From contig NC_135257.1 in assembly GCF_964204865.1 (NCBI RefSeq), forward strand, positions 14,818,001 through 14,882,000: a stretch of DNA of 64,000 nt, given 5' to 3'. Shown here in pieces: positions 13,146-26,600 of this stretch. Both the position numbers and the translations under genes were made by a program. The notes under the pieces were generated by a model, which worked only from the letters and a program-made list of their open reading frames with translations, had not been told where the DNA came from and searched no databases. Every line of letters starts with the position of its first letter. Position 1 is the first letter of the stretch. The stretch comes from Styela clava. Its lineage: Eukaryota.

Positions 13146-13565
13146 CAGGGGTCGGCAACCTTTCGTAGCTCGCGGGCCAAAATTAAGGTTGCAAGTCATT
13201 GGCGGGCCGCACATATTTTTAGAAAAACGAAAAACCGAACGGATGATACTTTTTATATTAAAAATCAAGCAGTGATACATCTCTCGAATAGAATATAGAT
13301 TTATTTCCTCATTGCATCTCATATAATTCCATTTGAATATTTCAGGCTCCATTGAACCATTTGCACTTAGCATCAACTATTCTGCGTTTTGTTGCCATTT
13401 GCTTAATTATATGCTTATTAAACGAGTAATTGTGAATTATATAATTGTTAGGTTATAATATAATTTAGCCTAAAGAATATATTCGTCAAAACGGATGTTT
13501 TGTTACTATAATTTAGTGAAGCGCCGCGGGCCAGATTACAGTGCTCCGCGGGTCAGACCCGGACA
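13146..13565 (-). mobile_element. hAT-Charlie deletion derivative with transposase remnants
   Basis: CAGGGGTCGGCAACC terminus and GCGGGCC subterminal repeats; the minus strand reads MATKRRIVDAKCKWFN...IQMELYEMQ...LLDF (GTF2IRD2/Charlie-type motifs, with stops). The other end is eroded. Confidence 0.65.
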
Positions 13566-14685
13566 CTAATGCCTATTATTTGTATTTCAAACATGTCATA
13601 TTTGAGTATCGAGTGAAAGAGATGATCACTGCGATAATCGAAAAAAAAGGTTCTGTTTTCCACACCTTATTTTTTTTTTGAAATTTCACTGAGTAAATCC
13701 TGTTTAAATATATATAATGAATTCCTATTTGCGTTCTTCCTGTTCTAAACTGAGACTTGATGTATTTTTATCAGGTAAACTACCTAACGTCTCAGTTCTG
13801 AACAATGGCAAAACTACCATTTGTTCTAAGAATAGTATTTTAGTGAGGAATTCGGGTCTCGACGGGCTCGTGTAACTCGACATACTTATAGGCAGAAGAA
13901 TCAGAACCATGTCGATATTTAAGTACTCGATCCTTTTATAAAGTATTGAATTGGGTAACGGGTGCACCATGTTAGAGGGAGCTTCAATGCACCGATTTTT
14001 TTATTCATGTTTAATCAAACATAAGAATCACTTCCCCCCCATGGCGGTGTGGAGCTATGAGGTTGGTAAATCCGATAAAAAATACAACCAAATGTAAGAA
14101 CATTTTACTGCAAATATAAACTTTAATCTAAACTAAAGCAACAATATATTATTTGATACATAAAATTTCAAGGATATAAAAAAGTTAGATTGGGAATAGA
14201 TTCATCCAGCATCAAAATATTCACAGCAGCTAACTAAAAATAATAATAATATGCTACTTGGTTCCCCAACACACAGTTATGTTTTGTCGTGAGCTTCCAT
14301 TCCTGATTAACTGAATGCATTCGGAAAGAAAAAGATTCGCATGAGCCCAAACTATTAGCATCCAAGCATTCGCTAGATGCATGATACATTTCAATTCACA
14401 CACGGCACTTTTCCGTGTGTAAAAATTTGAATAACATTCAAGTGTATATATCTATCCTATCCACAAATATGCTCTACTGCCGATCTTTTAATGAATATTA
14501 GATGAATAAAGGCATGACACATCTCTCTAAGTATAAATAAAGGAAAATATAAATATGTAATACTCTGTGGGTCTAACAAGACTATTATCAAAAGAATCTA
14601 TTATACAGTATACCGGTATATATACTTCAAACAATATTAATCTTCGAGTAGGAAAGGTGAACCACAAAGAGTATTCATTTGCACA

Positions 14686-17600
14686 CTATTTTTCTCCATT
14701 CATATTAATCTGAGGTAAGCTGTAAGAAGATTCATCCGCAATGACTCCTTTCAATGGTCTGAAATCGCCATCTTTTGGTGTTGAACAATCCATCATATTG
14801 TTTCTCCCATTCATCATATGCACTGAAGTATCTCTTGTTGGAATATGAGACTTTGAAAAGGAAAAAAAATGGTAAAAATCTGTTCTGCGGAACTTATTAC
14901 TGGCACTAAAATTAGTTTCTTAAATTATAACTTCAAAAATGAACAGTGGCAAATCTGTACAACAGAGTTGACTAAGCCTGAACGTTTATTGCCAATACTT
15001 TCAGTGAAAGCGAAATACTTTGGTGAAAAACTACATCCCCAAAAATTCGAAATATTTTGAAAAAGATTGGTTTACAAGTTGCGGTGAAAACCAATTTTTA
15101 TCTCCGCAACAACAATCACAGAAACAAAAATTCATCAACTATCATAAAACTATTTCAATGTCCACTAAGCTCAAAATGAAAATGAGGTTACATTTACATC
15201 CGACAAAGTAACATATCCATTTTCTCTTTTACAAGCATCATGAAGTTCTTGTTTCAAAGCATTAATGTGGGATCTGTAAGATGCGATCTGATCTTCAAGA
15301 GATGTTATTCGTGATACTGCACTGGATTGTACGCGTACAAATGATTGAACAGCTCGCTGTCAAAAAAGTCATTTGAATAACTGTAGGAAAGTTAAAAATT
15401 ATTAAAGTAATTGAGCTAACATACGGTTATTTGATTGGGCAACGATTAAAATGAAGCATGATAACACTATCAGACGTGGCATAAACACAGAAAGTGATAA
15501 AAAAAAGTTACATTGAAAACAGGTGGAAATTTCGAGACTGCTCTCACCGTATTATTTAATTTCACAATACTAGAATATTGAACAAATGTATTGCCTGCAA
15601 AGCAGTTATATTACTACTGTTAAGTTATTTATAATAGAAATTAGAAGTGATTTGCTAATTGTTGGAAATCACAGCGTTTATCTTTTTTCAATTAAAATCA
15701 AGAACAAAAATTTAAGAAGTAACATGGAGAAAGTGAACCCTGGTCTATGCCTAGATATTTTCCAAATTATACATGTACTGTATTATGAATACAGTTTAAA
15801 AAGAGGAGAATCTGTATTGAAACTATTTTGAATTCCTAGTGAGAAAGACTGCATGAATATTTCTTCAAGATAGCTCTTATAGCGAGTCTAATCCTGCAAT
15901 GTTCAACGTAGAAACATAGATGTATTCAACCAGTGTAACTAACCTGAGCAGCAATGACGTCTGGTCCAGCATGGTCTTTTGAGATATTTCCTGGTAGTTT
16001 TGAATCCTAAAATATTAAACAATATTTTTGTAATTGATAATTTGGGTTATAGAAATTACCGATTAAGACCAGTAATAACAAATTTGGAAAAAAATTCACT
16101 CACGACAAGTTCCGCTGGATTATCAGACGTTTTCTTCAATAAATTTTCAACAGATCGAAAATAGGTTGCAAGAGAATCTTTCTCACTAGACAGAATAAAA
16201 GCAAGTTGGAAAATAAAATTAAAGGCATGCTGAACAAAGTTACAGACAATTAGGATCTCAATGGGTTTGTACGAGTGGATTATTTCAATCCAGTGGTTTG
16301 CAACCTTTTTTTCGTAAATTCCTCTCTTCACCTATTTTAGACCCCTTTATTCCTCCCTCGCTATTCATGAAAAGTACTATAGATTACACAGTAGGAAACC
16401 GTTATTTTGTGTATTCAATCTTCAATGGATCCCAAGCTATAGTGTTATGTACAATGCAAACTCGGGCTTTTGTACAGTTCAAGTAGTTCATAATGTGGGC
16501 AGAAAAGAGTATCATAGTAATAAAACTAAAAAATAATAGTAATACTACAGCACATACAAAGCAAAATTTCTACCCAAGAACTGCAAAATTCTCTTTAAAA
16601 AAACTCTTTAGGGAGGAATTCATTTCTGGTTGGGAAATTTTGTTCCAACTTCCAATCGTTTGAAATGCACAATTTTGGGTACTTTTGAAGTATGTGAACC
16701 AAGATGGCGGACATCGGAATGTAATATGTGTACTAGGTTAGGGTTTGGCCATAATTTTAGGTATAAATACTACGGGAGGCTCTTGGCTATTCTTCGAACT
16801 GATAATAGGACTAAAATAAGGAAAATTGGAAAAAAAATTATCGCCTAACCCTAACCTGTTACCCATGTAATGTTCCGATGTCCGCCATCTTGGTTCGCAT
16901 ACTTCGGGAGCACCCAATTTTGTATACCTTGGGTAACGTTTATAAGGTAAGCGAATGCAATCATCAAAAAAGAATCAATAATATAAATATTACCGAGCAG
17001 CTTTCTTCAACGCTTCTTTGGCATCAGACATTTTATTACCAAGATTATCCCTTTCCTGTTCAAGCATCATGACTTTTTTTGTTAACAGTCTCTTACTTTG
17101 TGTACATCTTTTCAACTCCATTTTTACTTCATTTAGGCTCTATAAATAGAATAGAAAAGGTTGGAGATACATACTTCTCAAAATTATTATAACAATCATC
17201 AATAAGGATGTCGAATCAGATGATTATATTCGTGTAAATGTGAGCAAGAATCTTCATGCAAGATATATAAGCCAACAAGATCAAGGCAATGAAACTATGA
17301 ACTTCCTCCTGAAGTCACCGATATCGGAAATCTGAATTACAGACCTTTAACCCTTCCTATGCGATTTTTATTTTTTATTAAATAATCGTATTTGCTACGC
17401 CGACTTTATGCATTTGTACCCCCACAACTAATTGATTGACTAAGGAAAAAGTAATGATCCTCAGCTGCCCACTGACGGCTCGTTGGAAAGCTTATTTAAA
17501 GAGCTTGCAATTGGCGATTAAAAAAAAAATTTTTTTTAAAAGGGGTGGTCTGAGTCACAAACCGGATAGTTGAAACTTCAAACCGTGATAAAAAATAGAA

Positions 17601-20600
17601 ATATTCGCTAAATCCTTTACTGTTACCGCTTCTTGGTTGGCAAACAATAACATAATATTGCTGTAGCAATTTCGTTATCTAACTCAAAATACTTTGGTAG
17701 ATGGAAGGGATAATATGTCTTCTATTACCACCCAAAAAACATCGAAATTTGCATAAATTTCAAAAACACTCCCTCGTTCCGCCGCAAATAAAATTCCCAT
17801 GGTAAATGAAAGCGAGATTTACCGTCACTTATGTCAATCTCGAAGAAGACTTCTTATCAATAAACTAAAACCCGGATAAACTAGACCAACAGTTTGCGAC
17901 CGATTGCTAAATAAAACAGTCGAGTACATCAACGTACCCGCCGCAATCTAGCGAGTTTTGTCGTGGGTACGTATACGTGCCCATTGCACGGAAAGGGTTA
18001 ATGGGGATAATAGAAATTCCTATAAAAGTTCCTAAGGATTTATTAAATAAGGCTTGTATATGTTAGTTTTTGTTATCAAAATTTGATTTTCTTTGAGTTC
18101 AAACTTGGTGTCAAAATTTTTGGAACTCTAGGTAAAGATTAAAATTTTTCGTAAGCCGTAGTCAAAAAAAATTTTTTTGATCAGAAGTCGAGAGACGATT
18201 GTAAATTTTCTCCAATTCCACAGCCTTGAATGAAGCGGCCAATTACAACATTTGCAAAAAATAATTGGCGTTGAAAATATTGTTGCACAACATACCGATA
18301 CTGCATGAGACAATGTATTCTCTTTTTCAGTTCCTTCTGTCCATTGTTCATCAAGTTTAGCACTCAACTCCTGAAATGACAGATACAGATAAGTTTGTTT
18401 TATTCACGCATACTACAAGTTGAAAATTTGTTTCCTCATTTAAATGTGCTGAAACTAAAGAAATTCTTAGTCCACAAACTAAAAAAGGTTGAGAAGCACT
18501 GGTTTAGATGACTCGAGTCACTTCGAGTTTTTGATAAACTGCGACTCAATATCAACTCAATTGGTAATTTTTACTTCAATTTGTGGTTGTATTTATAATG
18601 ACCTGTAATTTTGTGTTTTGTTCATGTAGAAGTTTTTGTGCTTGCTGTTCACGTTCAAGAGCAGCATTTAATTCAGAGCAAACGCCATCGAATCGTTTTC
18701 TTGAAACCAGATGATTTTCACGATCTCGTAACAATTTGATTTCATCAGTTGCAATTTCTAAATCAGCTAAAAACAAAGATATACAATTATCAGAATGGAT
18801 GTATTCAGGTTAGATTACAATCTCCAACAAGAAATTCACTCGATGACCCTTTAAATGACAAAATGTTGTTAGACTAATCCACCATGTTCTCAAACAGGAG
18901 GCCATGACTCACTGCTGGGCCACAAATCTGTTAAAAATTACTGAAGTAATAGTTTGTTTGTGTCACCATAATAACATGATGATGCTGTCATTCTACTACT
19001 TAGTGGTGACTTTCTATGAAAGTCAAATTGTCTGTTTTTGAAGTAAGAATTATTTGTTTTTATTTTTTTTGTTTTTGTAAAGACAGAATGACAACATGAA
19101 GTAAGCCAGGCTATTTGCTCAAAGCAAGGTTATGTTCACTAAATCAGAAGTAAACTCATCTCTGAGCCAAGGGACTGGCAATCACAAAGCCAAGAACTAC
19201 TGAGACTATAAAAATATGCCAATATGCAATACTGCAATACTGCAAATATGCAATACTGAGACTATAAAATTATGCACCAATAAATGTTGATTGATGCAAG
19301 ACTAAATACAGTTCAAATGATTGAGATCAGAAAAAAAAGCTACGAAGTAGTGAATTCCCCATAACAAAAGTTGGAAAAGCGCATTATATGTATATGTATA
19401 AAACACAAGGACAGCACCCAGTATATTAAAATTCTTCAAATACATAGTAAAATGCGACAATACATCAAGAATAAAAATACATATCTCCGCATACTTTTAT
19501 TCTTTGTAAGATGTTGGATGTGTGATTTGAGTTTTGTTTCATTACTTCTTAGATTTCTTTTTTCAACCTCAGTTGCATGAAGTCTCTCAGTGAAATTGAG
19601 TAAATGACGTTGAAGTATAGCCAGTGAGTTCTTGAATACAAAACATGATTAGCAGAGTGGAATGTGATTCTGAGCAGGGATGTTCAAATTTAATGACATT
19701 TGAAGTGAAAATTTATTTAATTGATAATATTCGCTTCTATCTGTGAAATTAGTCATTTTACCTCATAAACAGTTATGTCACAGTAAATTTAGCAAACTTC
19801 ATGTTTTTATTATAGAAAATATGAATTGTTTTATTAAAAATTTAATTACAAATATGAATTTTCAGACACTGCAGACACCATTAGACACAAAGACATCAAA
19901 AATTCTGGGTACGCTTAATTTTTCTGTTCTACATACAGTCGATGTTTGGAGAATCTCACTTTTAAAATGCGAGATCTTTAAATGTGTATGTACCATTTTG
20001 TCATTTTACATTATAAATAAGTGAGCTGAAGCCAGGGATGTCCAAAACAAATCGAATATTCGATTACATTCAAGATTGCTTATATTCGATTCAGTAAATT
20101 CTTGACTTTGCGAATAATTTAGAACACTCCATTCTGTCCCAAGAATTTATTATCTTATGATGAACAGAAAATTAGAAAACAGACGAAATAAAATGGAGAA
20201 TACATTTAAAAATAATCCTCATCTCAAATATTCTGCATAAACAAATTTGATTTATTAGAATTTACAATGGTCTCGAAGAATTTCCTTTCTGGAACAGACC
20301 CATTCAAAAAAATATTATAAATTTCATATCCGAAGGGATTGTTTTAGAATGTATTCGAAATACTAAATTATTCGGTTTTTGCCATCTGTGTTTGTGAAAC
20401 CATTGGATAATTTTACATCAGACTCAGAGCCATAAGGACTCTAGTTCCAACTCCAACCATGTCAAACCCTGACATCACCTGCATGGTTGAACTGGAAGTT
20501 TTCATAAACATTAATAGAATTCTGTCTTAATCCGGGATTTATTTAAATCGATATACTGGTATTTGGATAACAATATAAGACATGTTAAATTACTCACCTC

Positions 20601-23600
20601 AGCAGAATATAATTTGATTGGTTCCTGCAATTTACATTTGATGACAATTCGTTCTAATCCTTCAGATAAAACGCAGATGAGTGAGGTACGTTCCCTGCAG
20701 AAACATTTAAAACAACAGAATTCTATTACATAATCATTTGGATCAGTTTTCTATTTCTTAACGGAGGTGAAGCTACCAGAAATTTTAGTTACTCCAGCTC
20801 CTAACAATCTAATTATTGTTACACATTTATAATTTTCTAATAATTCATACAAATAATAAAACTTATAGTTTTCAGCTTATTCTTTTCAATATCATGTTCT
20901 AATATAATATAAGTTTTTTGCTTAATTTGTACAATTAAAAGTTTAATTTTGATCTTAAAACTCATATCATGGTTCAGTTGCGACAGTACAATTGGGCTGA
21001 TGTTTCATGGTAGTTATCATACCAACAAATACCATTGGCTATGAAGCCTGCTCTGAGAAAAAGAACAGAAATCCAATTGTTTGAACAGAATTTCAAAACA
21101 GTTACCCAGTCATGTTTCTGACTACAAGTCATTATAAGTATAAACTACGCACTGAAATTATTTAAAAATTAAGTTGCAGTGTATAGAGAACACAATATCG
21201 GTCATATGGTTAAAATGTGGCAGCGCAACCAAGTATTCATTTCATACTGACAATTTCATGACAAATAAAGCAGGGAAGTTCATCCCCTTACAAATAGGAT
21301 GGCAGTAAAAAGTCAACATCACATAAATAATATCACCTGACAACATTATTTGTTGTATACACGAGCGAAGAAAACATTGGATGCGTGGAACGTAAAATAT
21401 TCAAAAATGAATTCTTAGCTGTTTTCACAATTGCTCTCGACATGTAACCTTCGAAAAGATAAGCATTTAGAAATAAGATTAGTTAGAGCGAAAATAAAAT
21501 GTATATTATCAAAATATTTTAACAACCTAATAAACATCTGCTTAAGAAGTAATATTGTTGAATACAGCTAATGGAAAGGTTCAATATTTCTGTTCGAATA
21601 ATTTACCGGGTGCGATTGCCCAGTACAACGTTTCCAAACTCAGCTGGTCTGGGTGGGCAACGATTAAACCAAAAATATCACATCCCTTCCAAGACATAGT
21701 AGGACCATGGGTACTCCCATAGTGTTATGTACTACAAGGGTAGGGTTAGGCCATAATTTTATTCCAATTTTACCTATTTTAGTTCTATTACGAGTTCGGG
21801 GACTGTCTGTGTTATCCAAGTGAATATACCCCCCTTCTCATAGGCTCAGTCCCTTTACACAAACTGATGTATAGTAGCTGAACAAAATTAGTTATCTCCA
21901 TAATTGTACACACACTTCTGGAGCGCCGCCCCGTGAATATCAGTTAAGAGCTTTGTTCTAAGAGGAATAAAAAAACGTCATATAGAAAATTTGAAACATC
22001 AACAGATATTCAATTTCGGTAAACCTAATTTGAAATATTTCCCTTTAACAAATTTGTACCTTTTCTATTCCCAGTTTTTTTATCAAGCGCATCAACCAAT
22101 CCACACATGGTATCTCTGACAACATGCACAGTTCGTTGATCACAAAGCCATTGCATTGCACTGTCAGACTGCGATTCTTCAGGTGCAACATCTGCAAATA
22201 TAATCCTTAATGTAAACAAGAGAGCTATGCTCAAATATTTGGACACGAGGACCAAAGCGAAGCAGTAGTATACTTTGACTTTCACAGTACCGGTACCGCC
22301 AAAATAATTTGTATTAATTTCCGAGATGTTATCACACAAAATTTTGAAATGAAAAACTAATCACATAAGGCCCACAGACAGTTTTAGGTATTCCTGAAGT
22401 TTGCGCACCAAGATGTCGCATAACCTGAACCCTAACCTGGTACACAACCTGAGTTCAGGTTGTGCGTCATCTTGGTGCGCATACTTCAGGAGGTCCCAGT
22501 TTTATATCAAAGAAAGTAATGACCCTCTAGCAAAATAATACAATCTTTAACCACTGAAAAATTCAAAGCAATTGATCCAGTAGTCAATATGAGAGGCGAT
22601 TTTTCACAACAAGAAGAAGAAAAGAAAAAATACTAACAAAAACAGCAACATAATAACAAAGAGACCCATAGCTCCACTTTGTGTCCAATAACCAATAAAT
22701 GCATGAAATTATTGATTTGATCGTAAATGAATAAGTGAATCAAAAGACATCGAACCTGTTTTAGATGATTTGGAAGATTTACCAGCAACAACCAACACAC
22801 GATTAGAACTTGCAGATGATTCATCGCACGTAAACATTGTAACATTGGATTGTTGAGCAAAAATACGAAGTCTGTTTGCAGCAAGCACAGTGACAGCGGC
22901 AACTCGAAACCTGGACAGCAAATAGGAAAGTTACACAAATTTCCTGCCAAATGCCTTACACGTTGGTTAAAATAGAACGTGGAGTTTAGTATATTTTCAA
23001 TATTTTAGTGTGGATAAAAAAAATCAAATTCGTTTACAAAAACTCAAAATTCAGTTGTGTTAATTTGTTCGATTTTATCAGAGTTCGAAGCTTGAGCATG
23101 AAATTTTTACAACCTGAGGTCCCAGGCTAGTAAGCCCTGGTTCATCTAAACTCACCACTTTCAACCATATGAAAGTAAATATAGAGTTTTTAAAGACCAG
23201 GACATTTCTGCCTGCTGCAATTTATATCATTCCAAGTGAGATGGCATACTGTTACAGATATATTAAGCCTTTATTTTTGTATCATACTTTCATATTTTTT
23301 ATTAAATAACGAAGCACGAAACAAAGAGCTGAAAATAATATAAAATTTAACACAACGACAACAACATACAAGCATTGTAATGTTAAACAGTTGTATCATC
23401 TGCCATCTGCCTGAGAGAGAATTTGCAATCAACCATGAGTTGAAAAAATACTCAGAATTGAAAAAAAACTTTTGAATTGGACACAAGCTTTGAACTCATG
23501 TGGAAGTTTTGATAATAAAATCTTTTGTGTGCTGAATCCTTCTTTAATAGACTGTTTGGAATACTCTGAATTTCTGTAGAAAATATTAACCTGAACTCTA

Positions 23601-26600
23601 GCAAATCAATTTTTCCAAACTTAGACTCAGATTCTGTAAAAAAAACTCAGCAAAAGGAAAAATCTGATGCAATTCATTCAAGCTGCTAAATTATAAACAA
23701 ACGCACCTGATCAATGGATGTATTTTTCTAAAACTAGAAGCTGCAGCCGGGGTTGGTTCTTCTTGATCTGGTTTTCTTAATTCTTCAGATAATGTTTCAA
23801 CTAATATTCTGTAATTCAGGAATATTAAGCATATATCATATTATTTATATAAAACATATCAGCAAATAAAATTCTAAATTTGTATGGCAGAATAGGTGAA
23901 GTTGGCAGATAGTGGAAATCAAAAATTATTCATTCAATTGGTCCGGTTAATTTGAAGTAACTTAAAAAACAGTGAATGATTTCATTTTTGATATTTCATA
24001 AATTCACATAAACTCTGCTTCATACAAGCATATTTGTTAAGACTGTAATGTTTAGGGTTATGCCAGGGGTGGGCAACTTCTCTAGTCGGCGGGCCAGATG
24101 TAAAAAAATAAAGCCTTCGTTGTGCCGGATTATTACAAAAAATACTTCGATATTCAATCTTTGTCAAATGCTCGACACTCTGTCAACTTTACGTTTTTTG
24201 GGATATTCCATGGTTAATAAAACTTGATATAAAATCTAATTTCTAAAATCTTTTTATATTTAGATTCCAAATATAACTGGTAACAGTAGTGAGGAATGTT
24301 TACAACGCTCTCTGCTCTGACCAGTTGCGTAGCATCCACCCCCCGCAACGCAACCCCCGCGGTCGCAGGAGGGCCCACAGCGCAAAGAGGCCCAAGCGGT
24401 TAGAATTTAGAAATTTAAGCCGCAAAACCAAAAGTTGCACTGCAAAACCAGTATTGTACATCTTATTAACGTTGATGTTAGTTCTGCTCAAATCGTTTGG
24501 TTACGTAACAATGCCAGGGAGTCGTCGATTTTCGGCGTCTTGTGGTTTGATCGCACCGGCAAAATTACGAAGGCTGTCAGAATGATGTCGAAAGCAAAAC
24601 CTCTCAGTGGCGCACAGAATCGCAGAAAAAGGGCAGAAGAGGAAGCACGTATGAAAAAAATTAAAGTAACCAAGATAAACAGCAAATTTTAGGTTACCAT
24701 TGCCTTTTAATAGCGACATGTTATGCTTTTCGACAAAATAAAAAAAGCGTTGTTTTAGCTTATGTCCGAGAGTTTTTAGGGTTATTTCCACAAAATATCT
24801 TTGCGGGAGAGGGGGCACGAGAGTCTTGCTACGCCACTGGCTCTGACCTTATATTGTTTGATTAACAAGTGTGCTAAAGCAATTGTTTGTTTACAAAGGC
24901 AATTGTTTATTTCACCAGCTCGCACTGACAGTGCAGTGAGAGTAGAGCGATCGGCAACTTTCATGAATGATGCGTATGACCACATTACAGTGTGGTTGGA
25001 TACAGTCAGCAGGCCGGTCAAAATCTTGTCCGGCCCGCGGGCGGTATGTTGCCCACCCCTGGGTTATGCATATCATTTTCAATTTCCTAAGATGGTATGA
25101 ATTAATAAAGGAAAAAAAATAAACATAAGGCATACATATACTAGTGTGACAAGTTAGAGAAGAAGTGTGGCAAGTAATAAGTTGATTCTGTTAGTATATA
25201 AGAAAAACATTGGCCCATGCTCCTCATGATCGTAAGTAAACATAACCCTTATAATAAATTTGTACATTACAAATTCCCTCAAAACAAAGATCTTAAAATC
25301 TACACGTCAAAGTTTCCTCACCTCAGCTGATTCTTAAAAATAAGTGAATCATTATTAATTCTCATCAACAAATCACGCTGTCTCGCCAGATCATCTCGTG
25401 ATCTCAATGCAGGGTATAAAGATCCAAGTAATAATGAGCAAGCACATGTGAGTGCATTACGTTCCTAAAAGCAGAAAGAGACAAAACAGTGACACTGTCC
25501 TTACATGAAATCTTAACAGTTGAAGTGTAAAATATGAGAAGCAGTATAGCAAGCCTATATATCTAATTAACCAATCTATATTTCTGTAAGAAAACGTTTT
25601 CATTGATGTTTTGAACAATCATTGAATTGGAGGCAATTACATAAACTACAAATAAGAATGAAATTTGATAAAAAAATAGAATGCTTAACAGGATGTAACG
25701 GTTGTTTGCTTGTTTCTTTAAAATGTGAATATGTATTACATTAAAATATACTTACTTGTTGCAGATTTCCATTTTCACCTCTTAGTTGTGAACACTCCGC
25801 ATGCAATGCATCACTGACTCCATCACCAGCTCTGATACGTTCCCATGCCTCGTCACATAAACCTTGTGATTTCTGAAATAAATAAATTAAAATAAAATAT
25901 ATGTATATATTTAAATCGATAACAAAAACAACATCTACAAATATTACACAATTTCAGTTTGTTTAAAAAGACTCAGAATTTTACATGGCTAAATTTTTCA
26001 TGTAGTATTCATCATCATATAATAAATGATGAAAAATGAAGAACATATTCTTGATGTACTAATGACAAAACCCATATGGAATTCTACCTCTTTAGGAAAG
26101 CAAGTACACTTATAAAAAAACAAAGAAAAAAATAGACTCAGAGTCAGAGCTTGAAGATTAAGATAAGATAATGCACACAATTAGAACTGCAGAAATAGAA
26201 CTCAAAATCTTTGGGAAATTTGAAATCTAGTTTCTATAAAAATAAACCAAGTTTCTAAACTCAATGGACATGGACATTTGCCAACCAATCATATTGGACC
26301 CATGTTTTCAAAATTAGACTCTCACCTGAGCTCTTGACTGCATTTCTTCTAGTAATGCATTGTAATGATCTTCCAATTGTTTTCTTTGTTTTTGTGCTTC
26401 TTCTTCTCTCTCACGACATTGTTTAGCCAATCTATCAACAGATGCTTCATGTTCTCGCTGCATTTCTCCTAACGTTCGTTCCAGTTGATTTACGGAAGTC
26501 TCTTGCTGTACGTTCTGGTTTCATGAAAATATTTTATAGCAAGTTTTCGTTGAATGAAATTTTTACTCTCGCAACATAAAACACTACAATAGAAATAAGC

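Noticed and set aside
11948-14685. CCDC171-RPA1 operon
   Set aside because: The ~2.7-kb gap contains its own E2F/CpG promoter-like region, unlike tightly linked operon genes.
19196-19275. CRISPR-like or functional repeat array
   Set aside because: Short slippage duplications (TACTGAGACTATAAAA x2, GCAATACT x3) without spacer structure, in a eukaryotic intron.
24289-25133. Cluster of overlapping 60-105-aa ORFs
   Set aside because: All lie in GC-richer nested hAT elements; only the short transposase N-terminus is meaningful.
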